Assembly (NCBI RefSeq): GCF_006345805.1
Contig: NC_043000.1
Location: 80,538,001 to 80,602,000 of the forward strand
Origin: Octopus sinensis
Taxonomy: Eukaryota
Length of the DNA stretch: 64,000 nucleotides
Direction of reading: 5' to 3'
Shown here: positions 1-11,830 of the stretch, piece by piece
Numbering within the stretch: position 1 is the first letter of the stretch
Layout of the letters: every line of letters begins with the position of its first letter
Notes under the pieces: generated by a model
The model's input: the letters and a program-made list of their open reading frames with translations, nothing else
Told to the model about the DNA's origin: nothing
Databases searched by the model: none
Program-made: the position numbers and the translations under genes

Positions 1-104
1 CTCCTCCTCCTCCTCCTCCTCCTACTACTACTACTACTACTACTACTACTGGTGTTGTTGTTGTTGGTGGTGGTAGTAGTAGTAGCAGTATTAGTAGTAG
101 TAGA

Positions 105-700
105 AATTTCTAACATATGATCAAGGCCATAAAATGTGGGGAGGAGGTGTACTTTATTTTATTGAATTTAGAGGAACAAATGGTAAATTTGACCCTTGCT
201 GGATTAGAACTCAGTTTGTCAACAGCCGAAGAAATACTACAAGGCATTTTAATCAATGCTGTAATGATTCTGCTAACCCACCACTCTTAATAGTAACAAT
301 AATAATGATCCTTTCTACTAAAGGAATAAGGCCTGAAATTTGTGGGGAGGGGACTAATCAATTACATTAACCCCTGTGTATCACTGGTACTTAATTTATC
401 AACCTCAAAAGGATGAAGGGCAAAGTCGACTTTGGAGGAATTTGAACTCAGAATGTAAAGACAGACAAAATGCCACTAAGCATAATAATAATTTGAAGTT
501 TTGGCACAAGACCAGCAATTTCAAAGGAGGGGTAAGTCAATTATACCGACCTCAGTGCTCAACTGGTATTTATTTTGTCAATCCCAAAAGGATGAAAGTC
601 AAAGTTAACCCTGGTGGAATTTGAACTCAGAGCATATAAAAAAAAACAAATGAAATGTCACTTAGCATTGTCCAGTATGCTAACAATTCTGTTACCACCC
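105..700 (-). mobile_element. Cluster of three partial, decayed tRNA-derived SINE copies (family with 'aaggcaaagtcgacc...gaatttgaactcag' segment)
   Basis: Repeated blocks 'ggatgaa(g)ggcaaagtcgac...ggaatttgaactcagaa' and 'tgctaacaattctg' match the fuller copies at 42729-42964 and 56780-57007. Confidence 0.75.
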
Positions 701-706
701 TAGTAC

Positions 707-712
<6 letters not shown>

Positions 713-782
<70 letters not shown>
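713..782 (+). repeat. (TAA)n microsatellite
   Basis: About 23 perfect TAA units, directly abutting an R4/Dong fragment. Confidence 0.95.
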
Positions 783-784
<2 letters not shown>

Positions 785-1030
785 TGAAAGAGAGAAGTTT
801 GATAAATATGGAGACCTGAGAATTGAGATTACTAAGATGTGGCATTGATTTCAATACCACCCAATCTGCAAAAATGTCTGAAAACTTTAGAAACACCAAA
901 CAATCTAGGTGTATTGCAAAAGTCAACATTACTTGGAACTGTATGCATATTGTGTAAAGTAGTGTCTGTCTGAGGTCCTTGTGACTTATCTAGTACAAAG
1001 GACTGGATGCTGCGGCTTGTGTGCAAACAT
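783..1030 (+). mobile_element. R4/Dong-like LINE, short 3' fragment (restriction-like endonuclease C-terminus)
   Basis: Degenerate translation K..KYGDLRIEITKMW...LQKSTLLGTVCIL resembles the C-terminal RLE motif; starts inside a (TAA)n array. Confidence 0.7.
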
Positions 1031-2110
1031 GAAAGCAGCAAAAAAATCCCATTCTATTGTCAAGGAAGCTTGCAAATTCACAACGGAACTTGGCATTAAC
1101 CCTGAATAAGATGAAGAATCTGAAACCAGTAACACAAAGAAAGCTAAACAGATCAAACAGACTGCACAAAAGAATGGGCAGAAACAAATTGAGGTGTGGT
1201 GGAGCCAGAAGCCTCTGCATGGATAGTATATACTTCAAAGCCGAAATGCTAATATAGATCAAGCAACAACCCATCAGTGACTGAGAAGTTCAGGACTGAA
1301 AGTAGAGATTAAAGGTTTCATATTGGCAGTACATGATCAAAACTTGCTTACCAAATACAACCAGGCTAATGTTCTTCAAAAGAGTTCTGACGCTAAATGC
1401 AGGTTCTATAATAAATATGATGAAACAATAACAATAGACCATCTCATCTTGGGATATCCTGTGCTGACACCAAATGAATATAGAAATTGCCATGATAGGG
1501 TAGGACAGTATTTACATTGGAAAATGTGCAAACACTACAAAATTAGTACTCCTGCTTACTGGTATGAACATCGCCCTGAGCCAGTTGTTGAAAGTGAAAA
1601 TGTCACTATTCTCTGGGATTTTCCAGTCAACACTGACAAAACAATCCAGGCTAATCAACCAGACATAATCATTTAGGACAGATAAGACAATATTTGTAGA
1701 CTAATAGATGTAAGTGTTCCCATTGATAAAAATATATCTGTAAAGGAATTTGAAAAATTCAGTAAATATGAGGATCTGGAAATTGAAATGCAAAAGATGT
1801 GGCATCATAAAGTGAGAACTGTTTCTGTTATTGTAGGTGCCCAAGGTGTGATAAGAAAGGGATGTCAGAAAGATCTTGATAATATCCTAGGAGAGCCATT
1901 GTGCTGAAAAGTATTGCCCAGATCCTTAGAAAAACCCTATCAATTTAAAAGTATGTGTTGTATTACATGAAGATATTTTTCTACTACCCTTTCCACTTGC
2001 TCTCCGAAAGCTTTCAGTCATACTATAACATCTCTTATCTTTCACTCACCCTAGGATGCTGGGTGTATCTCAGTGAGTGATTGTAACAAACATTCAGATT
2101 AAAAGTAAAT
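1031..2110 (+). mobile_element. R4/Dong-like LINE 3' fragment (CCHC zinc knuckle + PD-(D/E)xK endonuclease), decayed
   Basis: ORF 1323-1676: KCRF...DHLI..Y(C)...HDRVGQYLHWKMC...ILWDFPVNTDKTIQANQPDIII; continues IDVSVP...KEFEKFSKYEDLEIE; ends in (TAA)n at about 2110. Confidence 0.85.
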
Positions 2111-2162
2111 AATAATAATAATAATATAATAATAATAATAATAATATAATAATAATAATAAT

Positions 2163-2626
2163 AGGACTACAGCAAATATTCAGCTCAATACCACAGATTT
2201 GCTTGTCATTTGCTTGGCCTTAACCAGTTGAGCATGTCCCTTAGTGGCTGATGATATGTGCATCTCTGATCATGAGCAGAAGTAGTGGGGGAGCATCATA
2301 GCCATGTGTTGAGAAGAATACTTTGGGGTTTGAATAATTCACCTCTGGGAACATGGGTGTTTTGTTCAACATCCTTAAAAAACCCATATTCAGGAACCTT
2401 TTGAGCAGAATGGGCTACTTGACCTCAAGAAAATTCAAACTGGGTCCCACCTGCAAGATCATGTGCTGTTTATCTTGATATAAGAACACCATGTTGTGGA
2501 CATATGGTTGTGATGCATGTGCCTGGTGTACCCTTATCAGATGGGTAGTCATGATGAGTATACTGGGCTTCATATATTTTACCCCCCAGTGTCACTTTGA
2601 TGGCATGCACTGCTCTCTCACTCAAT
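2163..2626 (+). mobile_element. Non-coding (TAA)n-anchored interspersed element, 5'-truncated copy
   Basis: Homologous to reverse-orientation copies at 18235, 19566 and 20891; flanked on both sides by (TAA)n; common end '...gcatgcactgctctctcactcAATAATAA'. Confidence 0.75.
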
Positions 2627-3049
2627 AATAATAATAATAATGATTATAATAATAATAATAATAATAATAATGCTTCTCACTGTGAGAATGATTACCATCT
2701 GTTTACATAAATTTTTCTACATAACTTTATTTCATTTTGTAAATGAACAATCTGGTGTGTTTATTTTAATGACCTATCAGTGAGTCTCTTTGCTCTAAGT
2801 GTTGGGAAGACACTTGGCTAAAGTGGAAACAAAATTGGGAGAAAAAAATACTGATACTGATGATGATGATAATGATGATGATGACAACGATAACAATGAC
2901 GATGACGTATTGTTTACTTCATAGCCAAGAAATATTAGGTTGACATCTAGTGGGTTTTAGCCATGTCTCATGACCAGGAAAGCTTTTTTAGCCTTGGTTG
3001 GTAGCCCTGCTAGTGATGGAGTCATGAAAAAATACTTGTGGGGAGGAAA

Positions 3050-5880
3050 AACCTTCATAAACTTAACTTCATTAATGAAATGGTACAAAATAAGGATTTA
3101 AACAATGCCATAAATGTGACTGGAACCTCAGATGAAGATGCGTTGCCCAACAGATGCCCCACTGTACAGTAGGGTGGGCCCAATCATAATCCAGCAACTG
3201 GTAGCCATGAAAGTTGGTAGAAGTGAAGTAAACAAGCAAACACTGTTATCTTAGAATGCGACAATTAGAGAAACCCAATAGATGGAAATGAAGCTCCAAT
3301 AAGGGGCAATTGACAGATAATGTATAGTGAATGGAAAAGGAGAGGGCTATTTGAAACTTCAGAGCAGAGGATTTGTGACCAGGCAAGAGCAATTCGAAAG
3401 AATGGATTGTTGTCTGAGCTTGAACATGGAGCTATCAAAAGGCAAATTAGTGAAAGTGACAAGCATGATGCAAGTGAGGAAGATGAGGAATAGGAGAATA
3501 AAGTGGCCAAAAATGGTAACATTAAAATTCAGATGTTATTAATGTAGCTTTTGATTAACAGAATACAAACACAAGTGGAGTGCTGACAGAGGATGATCAA
3601 ATAATAATTAATAGGTTATTCCAAATTGATCAGAGGAAATTTTATCAAAAAATAAGCAGGGTAAGCTCACATTAAAGAGTAATATCAGAAGCAGAAGAAA
3701 GTTGTCTATTTCGGAGTGAAATATGGAGTAAGGAAGAGCTGCATAAAGCTGAGGCTGAGTTGATACAAAATTTGAAGGAGTCAGTTTCTCATTCACAACA
3801 AGAAGAAATAAAAATTGTGAGAGAAAGTATGTGACAACGTAGGAAGATGAGTAATTGGAAAGCAACTTGACCTGATGGTGTTTAGGGATATTGGATAAAG
3901 ACACTGACAAGGTGACATAAAAGAATAGCAGAACAGCTTCAAGTGCTAATCAACAAAAATGAAGAGGTTCTTGAGTGGATAACAAATGGACAAACAGAAA
4001 TGTATTTGAAGGATGCTTCAGAAAGGAACGCTGTGGGTAATTACAGACCCATATCATGTCTGTCAATGATGTGGAAGCTGTTCACTAGAATAATTGGTGA
4101 TGAAATGTATGCAGTTCTTGATGATAACGAAATTTTACCTGTTGTGAATGGAATTATAGAACTAAACAGTGGCTACTCACAAATGAAATGAGGATGAAAG
4201 ATTGTAAGATTGTTAATGAAAGAAGAAGTCAAATTAAGCAATGGCCTGGATAGATTGTTGCAATAACATTATACCACATGTGTAGATCATTGAATGTTTG
4301 AACATGTTTGAGGTCACAAAGCATGTCAAAACGTTTTTGAGAAAAGGCATGGCAAGTTTGAAGACTGAGCTCCCATAGAAATCAGGAGTGGGACTTTACA
4401 AGGAGACACTGTAACTCCTTTACTATTTCTTGTATGCATGACTCCTTTAATATAGCTTCTGAGAAAAATAACATCAGGATATGAGTTTAAAAGAAAACAA
4501 CATAAATTCAACTGTGTATTATTTATAGATAGTCTGAAGTTATACGGTAAGTACAAAGCTCAAGTCAGCTTTTTAGCAAGGATATTAAAGTGAAATTTGG
4601 TCTCGAAAATGTGGAATAATATTCTTGACAAGAAGGAGTTAACAGACTTGAAGGTAAAATTACTATCCAGGGAAATCATGAAGGAAATAATGGAAGAAGG
4701 AATAAATAAAAGCTTTACATAAGAGTATCTCTGAAGATTTAGACTGGTATTGCGGTCAAAACTGAATGCTAGAAAGAAATTTCAAACAATCAATACATGG
4801 ACAATTGCATTACTGAGGTATGATCAAGTATTATCTATTAGAGGAAAGAGGCAGTACAGGATCTTGACTAAAAGTCGAGGAAACCACCCACACCAAGAGC
4901 AATATTAATAGGCTATACCTAACCAGGCACAAAGGAGGTGGGAGGGGGAGGGCTAACCAGCTGTGAAAGTTGTAACTGTTCAGAAGGAAATAGCTCAGGG
5001 TGGTATATCAAGAATGCTATAGAATACTTGCTGATTCAGGTGAGGAGATCAGGTATATTTAAGACATATACTTGCACAGAGACAAACAATGAATAAAAAA
5101 TGAGTTAGGAAGATGAAAGGAAATGTAATGGAAAAAAGGTGTATGGGGAGTTTGCTAAGGAGGTGAGCAGGAATACAGACACCATTGGGAAGTGGCACTG
5201 ACTAAGGAAGAGTGACTTGAAACCAGAGACAGAAGTGTTTATCGATGTTATACAGGAACAAACACTTCAGACAAATTACACCAAATGCAGAATTGATACA
5301 GCAGAAAGTGACAAGTATAGGTTATGCAGTGATGAAGGTGAGACTATGGCAAGTTGTAAATGAGTGCATGAAGCTAGTCCCACCAAAAAGATATAAAAGA
5401 AGTCTGGAAAATGTTGCAAGAATTATTCACTGGGAGATGTATGGCAATATGGATTGGATAGAGCAAAGATATGGTATGGGCAAACCTGAGAAGAAGTAAT
5501 TGAGAATAAAAAGGTGGAGATACTGCTGGATGTAATACTTCAAAGTGATCATGATTTTGAATATCAAAAGCCAGATATAGGTTGTGAATAAAGAAGGAAA
5601 AAATCTGTTTAGTCATAGATATTGCATGCTCTGGTGATGACACAGTATCAGAAAGAGAAAAGAAACAGGACAGATACGATGGTTTGCAGTGAGAAATAAA
5701 AAAGACTGTGTTCATTGAAAAAGGTGAGTGTTGTATCTGTTGTTGTTGAAGCCTTGGGTACTAATAGTACCAAACTCACAAACTGAAATGAAAAGATAGT
5801 GGGGTAAATATGAAGATAGAGCATCTACAGAAAACAATGTTTCTTGAAACTGCATGAATCCCTTAGTTTATTGGTAGGGG
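3050..5880 (+). mobile_element. R4/Dong-like LINE, long and heavily decayed (RT + zinc knuckle + RLE)
   Basis: Frame-broken motifs: NWKA..PDGV.GYWIK (about 3850), GNYRPISCLSMMWKLFT (4035), GTLQGDTVTPLLF (about 4390), LF.DSLKLYG (YxDD relic, about 4520), IIHWE (5425), PDI..DIAC.GD (about 5570-5640). Confidence 0.85.
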
Positions 5881-6249
5881 ACAGCTAACACTCTGTTTTA
5901 TTCTCTAGCAAAGGGTAGATTTGTGTGGACTTCCCTAATTGATCCCAAGGTGTCTTTCCTACTTTTCATATACAAATACATGAATATATATTTCACATAA
6001 TGTTTATGTATGTATTTGATATACTCCTGCATTAAACTCAATATTGCCCTCCATAGCAAAATAGAACTTACCATTTTAAATTTTGTGTTTGTAATCCCCC
6101 ATCATCAAAAAAAAAAAGCCTTATTATTGTAATTGTTGTTTGTTGATAGATATTGTATAAGTACTCCAAGAAAAAGTTATTTTTAACTGAGTAATCTTAT
6201 GAAGGAAGCTGGATTTATCAGTTCCAATTTTACTAACTGATAATTTTAG

Positions 6250-6279
6250 GAATTTATGCGGGTCCACCCTATTGATTGA
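6250..6279 (+). CDS. Possible terminal coding exon (EFMRVHPID*) of an unidentified upstream gene
   Basis: Perfect branch point TACTAAC at 6231-6237, TTTTAG acceptor at 6249, stop at 6277-6279, AATAAA at 6285-6290. Short, so it could be chance. Confidence 0.25.
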   Translation, partial: EFMRVHPID

Positions 6280-7329
6280 GATAAAATAAAGACTTGAGAT
6301 ATTTTTACTGTTTGCATATTGCTGACAAACAGATATTTACATTATTCACATACAGTGTAAGATAATATCCATTTCAGAAGTAGCTGGAAGAGATGCTTGC
6401 CACACAGGTGGTAACAATAACCTCCTTGATGTGAACAAACATAGAACCAAATTATTTTCATATAAAAAATAAAATTTTTTTTTAAATCACACATGCAGAT
6501 CCTTAAGCTGAAGCATTTACAGCTGTATACTGGAAAGTACAAAACTAATAGCATTGGAAACATTAACTTGAATGGAAAAAATACAGTTCAAACAGTAACA
6601 ACAATACAAACAACAATAACATTGCATCATTTGTAAATGTCAAGGTCGAAAAGACCCACTCAAATCAAATTAAAGAAAAGGAGAAGAAATGAATGAGGTA
6701 AATTAAAAAAAAGTTGTGTTTCTTTGCTTGACAAATTTATCCAAGAAAAGTGAGGAAGATGGTGACATACCTTTGGTTTTTAATGTACAAATGTGGCTTC
6801 CATATGCTCTCAAAAAGATCCTGGAAAAAAACTCTGGTTAATGAGTTTGTGAATGTATGTTCCATTGGGCAGAACAGGGCATCAGAATGTGTGTTTAGGC
6901 TTTAGCTTCAATGATCGGGTGAGGAGATGTACAGCTAATGTGTCATACAGTTGTTCACAGTCTTACAGTAGATGAGTCTCGGTGACCTATTGCAAGATAT
7001 AATCAAATGGAATCTACATGTTCCTCCATGTTTCAATGACTTTCAATGATCAGAAAGTTATTCTGTAAGTGGCACTTGATTGGAGGAACCACTTGGATTG
7101 GTGGAGATGTGCCACTGCTACACACTTGAGGGCATCTGACTTGAAAAAGATTGCAAAATGGCAGAGATAGCAGCAAAGGCAGTAGTACCAATAGCTGCAG
7201 GCTTCATAGTGAAGGCTATAGCTTCTGGAGACTGTGTAATATCTCAATATTTTGTGATACTTTTAGTGCCACAACTTTTCATCATTGACTGGCATAACAT
7301 GTAATCCAGATTATTTGAGAATATATTCC

Positions 7330-7800
7330 TCATGATATAGAACTGTGCCTGGAAGAATGACATAAATTAGAATTTTGAGATAATTTGTGTTCTTGGCTGT
7401 AATTAAATATTTGATGTATTTGAACAAGATTAATCCTTCTTACTGATAACATTATGAATAGTTTTGACAACAATGTCATGTCTTGTGGAGAGGCAGTTGA
7501 ACCTCGAGGACATTTTAGTGCAGCTGCCAACGATATGGATGATAACTTCTACTCTGGTATCACTCAAACAACATTTTCTATCACAATGTATATGTTTGAA
7601 AAGCATGTTTATCTCTTTTGTTAATCAGAATTATTAACTATCTCCTGTTAACAAAGGTGTATCCTTCAAAGTGAGATGTGCTGAATCTATTACAAATCCA
7701 CGAGAAGTTATTCTTGTCTTATGCTGTTGGTATTCTCCAACTTGCAGGATATGTATTCATGCATAAATTTCTTGTTATATGATGAGTGTTCCTTCTCTAA
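7330..7800 (-). mobile_element. RLE-type (R4/NeSL-group) LINE fragment, zinc-knuckle region
   Basis: Minus translation HCDRKCCLSDTRVEVIIHIVGSCTKMSSRF..LSTRHDIVVKTIHN is a CxxC-x8-H-x4-C relic followed by RHD. Confidence 0.65.
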
Positions 7801-7943
7801 GCTTCTCTTTATGAAGATTAGTCCAGCTATTCCTAGATCACATTAACCAGCTGTACATTGAGGGCCTATTCACCTATATCTATGTTATTTCACTGTAGAG
7901 TACACATGTAAAGTACTCATTTATTTTTATAATGTTTGTTCAG

Positions 7944-8059
7944 GTGTTGTGTGGCTGTTAGCTGAGGCAGAAATATATCAGGCCTTATGTAACGAAAAAT
8001 TTTGCATTGGATTGAAACAGGAGGACTACGATTCAGGATGCCAACAAGTTCTAAAACAG
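7944..8059 (+). CDS. Putative internal exon, host gene A (unknown product): (G)VVWLLAEAEIYQALCNEKFCIGLKQEDYDSGCQQVLKQ
   Basis: tgtttgttcAG acceptor, CAG|GTACGT donor, stop-free unique sequence, phase 1 to 0. Confidence 0.65.
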
Positions 8060-8120
8060 GTACGTATGTATATCATTATGTATGTATTAATAAGTATATA
8101 TATATATACATATACTTCTT

Positions 8121-8589
8121 AGAGAAATTTTAGAACAAGCCTTTTTTGCTTGTTGCAAGATTAGCGACTGTGTGCCTGTGTGCCACTTGAATTTATATAT
8201 ATTGTGAGCAAAGGCAAGCTACTGCCATCTCTAGCAGATGAGGTGTCCAGTACTGAAGAGAGGCAGAAATAGCCTGAATCCAGACTGGTCTGCTGGTCCT
8301 GTCACTAGAAGATGGTAGGGATTTATTCCCTTGCTTGCAATATATCGGATGCAGCAGTACATTGTTAACCAGATAGAGGAGATGTACTCTTGGGGTTAAA
8401 AAAGCACAGTAAAGTCCATTCAAATGGAACATCCAGTGGCTATGAATATTACTGCATTCATCTCTTAGAAAGATTATAGAACTATCCTTTTTTGCTTGTT
8501 GCAAGATCAGTGACAGTGTGTCACTTGAATTTATAAATATATAGCGAGCAGAGGTGGACTACTTACTAGTACAACTACTTTTTGCTTGT

Positions 8590-8590
<1 letters not shown>
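8121..8590 (+). mobile_element. Retrozyme/PLE-like unit: 346-bp period with about 100-bp direct repeats enclosing a hammerhead ribozyme
   Basis: 'cttttttgcttgttgcaagat...gtgtg(c/t)cacttgaatttata' occurs at 8141 and 8487 (offset 346); a hammerhead lies between the two copies. Confidence 0.5.
8247..8296 (+). ncRNA. Type I hammerhead ribozyme motif (one core substitution)
   Basis: CCAGTA CTGAAGA G AGGC-agaaata-GCCT GAAT CCAGACTGG TC TGCTGG: stem I 6/6 pairs (one G.U), stem II 4 bp, palindromic stem III, GUC cleavage triplet; GAAT replaces GAAA. Confidence 0.65.
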
Positions 8591-8629
<39 letters not shown>

Positions 8630-8638
8630 ATATATATA

Positions 8639-9063
8639 TGTAGCGAGGTACAAGAAGCCAGCACCATTTTGTATGAGATCTCTCCGGCAGCCATTACCAT
8701 GTCCGAGACAGGACTGAGATCTCACCTGCAACCATTTGCTGTGCACGAGACGACAGCGAGACTCTCATCAGCAATGACTATATAAGCAGGAGAATTAAGA
8801 CATTCACCCTTTTTCTTCCTTCTCACTTATGCTGAGAAACACTGCAAGCTGGCGGCTTACAGCAGATACTTATCCCGCTCTAACTTCACCTGTTATCTCC
8901 AGAGGTGATGAACCTCACATGAATGGAGCTATAATGAGTCATGCGCTGCTATAAAGACAGTCACTGGGAGTGAGCCACATGAACAAGAACAAAATATAAA
9001 CAACTATTGAATTGTACTCTGCTTGTAAACTTCTTATTCTAGTTCCAGTTCCTTAAGACTACA
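8639..9063 (+). mobile_element. LTR (probably Ty3/Gypsy-type), inserted in (TA)n
   Basis: 425 bp with inverted termini TGTAG...CTACA, an internal TATATAA box near 8780 and an AATATAAA-like poly(A) signal near 8993; (TA)n arrays on both sides. Confidence 0.6.
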
Positions 9064-9119
9064 GAAATAATTGTAATGGGAGAAGGAGATACTCCACAGG
9101 CATCACAAGCCTTCAATTC

Positions 9120-9199
<80 letters not shown>

Positions 9200-9202
<3 letters not shown>

Positions 9203-9560
9203 AGTGAATTTGTTTCAGTTGTTTTGGGAAGATGGGACAGGAAGTCGGTGTCATACCAGATGAGACTGGGTATGTAGGTACATAGTAGTTTCAAAACAAC
9301 GTCAATGAAATTGCTTAGACGGTGGGTAGGGTGTGCTGGATCAGCTATAATAGGTCCAAGTTTAAGTCTTTTGGATGTAGTAATTTTATCTACTCACATT
9401 CTTGTTCTTTTATTGCATGCTGAATATCTTTTTGACTTATGGATTTTTGACAAGCCATAGAAGTTGCTGGGTTTTAGCTTGAAATTGGTGATGTAGTCTC
9501 TTTCATTATTGGTAAGTCAGTTGAGGTGTTTTGAAACCAGGTTGTTGATCTTTTTCATGA
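9200..9560 (-). mobile_element. Penelope-like element reverse transcriptase fragment
   Basis: Minus translation KPSNFYGLSKIHKSK...LGPIIADPAHPTHRLSNFID..L....IPS...DTDFLSHLP matches the PLE RT motifs FYGLPKIHK and RPII..PT..LS. Confidence 0.8.
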
Positions 9561-9733
9561 CGTGGTGGTCCATATTTGAAGGTATTTTACTTGTTTCAGT
9601 CATTTGATTGTGGCCATGCTGAAACACTGCCTTACAGGGTTTTAGTTGATGAAATTGTTGTTAAGTGATGGGTGGGAAACAAACACACACACACACACAC
9701 ACACACATAAATACATATATATGTATGTATGTG

Positions 9734-9779
<46 letters not shown>

Positions 9780-9780
<1 letters not shown>

Positions 9781-9942
9781 AGGCTTCTTTCAGTTTCCAT
9801 CTACCAAATTCTACTCACAAGGCTTTGGTTGGCCTGAAGCTATAATTAAAAGATATTTCCCCAAGGTGCCATGCAGTGGGACTGAATCCAGAACCATGTG
9901 GCTGGAAAGCAATCTTCTTACCACACAGCCATGCCTGCACCT
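9780..9942 (-). mobile_element. tRNA-derived SINE (CORE-like central segment)
   Basis: Reverse complement begins 'gcaggcatggctgtgtggtaagaag...ggattcagtcccactgcatggcaccttgggg', showing A/B-box relics. Confidence 0.75.
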
Positions 9943-9943
9943 A

Positions 9944-11830
9944 TATAAAACTTAGATAAAACTTAGATATGTTTCGACCAGAGATTGGTCCAGGCCATGT
10001 CTAACTTAATAGCACCACCTGATAGGATATTCGAATCCTGTTTAAGTCAAGTTTTGTTCAAGTAGTGAGTTCTTGTTGGGTGAGTTGTATCCAGTTTTGT
10101 TCAAGTAGTGAGTTCTTGTTGGGTGAGTTGTATCCAATTATGGGTGGCTTGTCTGGTATTCTTTGAAGGAATCTATCCAGACTCTGTTTGAAGTTGATGG
10201 GATCCTTTTCCTCTTTGATCTCCCTCGGGACAATGTTAAATAGGGCAGGGCCTGTTGAGGAAAAGAAATTATGTTGCAGTGTACATGTATGTTGTGATCT
10301 TGAATTTGGCAGGGGACGTATAGCCCGTGGTCCAAGTCTCGGATGAACCTTGAAGCTAATGTTTAGGTCGTTTGGGCAAAGTTGGCGGTATATTTTCCAC
10401 ATCGTACAAATGATGTACCGCTCACGGCGACGCTGGAGGGAGTAAAGTTTCAAGGCTTTAAGGCGATCCCAATAGTCGAGAGCAGCCATGTTTAGTGAGA
10501 GCCCTCTGGGGTGACTCAATTCTGGAGATGTTTTGTCTTGTGTGAGGAGACCACAGTGGGCAGCAGTATTCAAGGTGTGGCCGTACAAAGGATGAAAAAA
10601 GTGGTATGATGACACCTTGTTCTCTGGACCGGAAAGTTCTTAAGATCCAGGAACTCATCCTACGAGCTGTATCGACCTTCTTGTTGATGTGTGCACTCCA
10701 ACTGAGATCGTCATCAACAATTACACCAGGTCTCTGATATTGTTAGAGGCTGTGAGCGGTTCCCCTGAAGGAAGAGAGTATGGTTGTTTTAGTGAGGAAT
10801 TTCTTCCAAAATGCATCAGCTCAAATTTTCCCTCATTCAGTTGTATTTTGTTTCTGTCTGCCCATTGACTCACAGCATATAGGTCAGACTGGAGTTGAGT
10901 TCGGTCTGCTTCTTCATTGACGATTTGCTGGAGCTTAGTGTCATCAGCGAATATTTTCACTTTGCAGTGATGTACGACACTGGAAAGGTCGTTTACATAA
11001 ATTATGAAGAGTAGCGGACCTAAAACAGTTCCCTGGGGAACACTGCTGGTGACTTTTGCTGGGTTTGAGTGGACTCCATCAACTACAACATGTTGTGTTC
11101 TATTCGCTAGGAAATACTGAATCCAGTGTAGAACTTTTCCACGGATTCCAACATTTGCCAATTTTGAGAGTAGGATGTTATGGTCTACCCTGTCGAACAC
11201 TTTACTGAAGTCAAGGTATATGACGTCAGAGTTCGAACCTGTTCCCAAGGCTTTGAGTACATCTTCAATGTGGTGTAAGAGCTGTGTTAGACAGTCCCTG
11301 CCACAGCGAAAGCCATGTTGATTTGAATTTAGGAGTTTGTGTGTCTCCAGGAAGTCAGCTATCCTTGATCTTAACACTCTTTCAAACACTTTAATGATGT
11401 GGGAGGTGAGTGAGATTGGGCGATAGTTGACTGCGAGGGATCTGTTTCCCTGTTTGAAAACCGGGATGACCGACTGGGATAGAAACTTTTTCGGTATATA
11501 ACCTGCGTCTAACGAGTTTCTCCAGAGGTTGGTCAGAGGGACTGCAAGTTGATATCTACATTCCTTCAGGAGACTGGCGGGAAATCTATCAGGGCCTACA
11601 GCGGAGTAATGTTTGACATCATTTATTGCTGCTACGATGTCGGTGGCAGTGAAGGATATGTCTGCGATTTTGTGTTGGGAGTCAGCTTCGTTTGTTTCCC
11701 TCACATCAATATCAGTGGGAACACTGAAGACAGAGCAATATTGTTTCTGCAGTATTTCTGCCATTTCTTTAGCATCGTGTTGGGGAATGCCGTTTTCATC
11801 AATCAATGGCCCAATAGGTGAGACAGTGGT
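9944..11830 (-). mobile_element. CR1/Jockey-group LINE, 5'-truncated, RT domain largely open
   Basis: ORF 10721-11806: NYRPISLTSHIIKVFER, QHGFRCGRDC, YLDFSKVFDRVDH, VPQGTVLGPLLF, FADDTK; frameshifted C-terminus (SLQRRRERY...); 3' stem-loop and short tail repeat. Confidence 0.92.

Noticed and set aside
2245-2285. CTGATGA in the TAA-anchored element as a hammerhead
   Set aside because: No convincing stem II and GAAG instead of GAAA; no stem I or III.
6342-6440. Minus-strand exon candidate (RLLLPPVWQASLPATSEMDIILH, GTATGT donor)
   Set aside because: It overlaps a competing plus-strand candidate and has no phase-linked partner exon on the minus strand.
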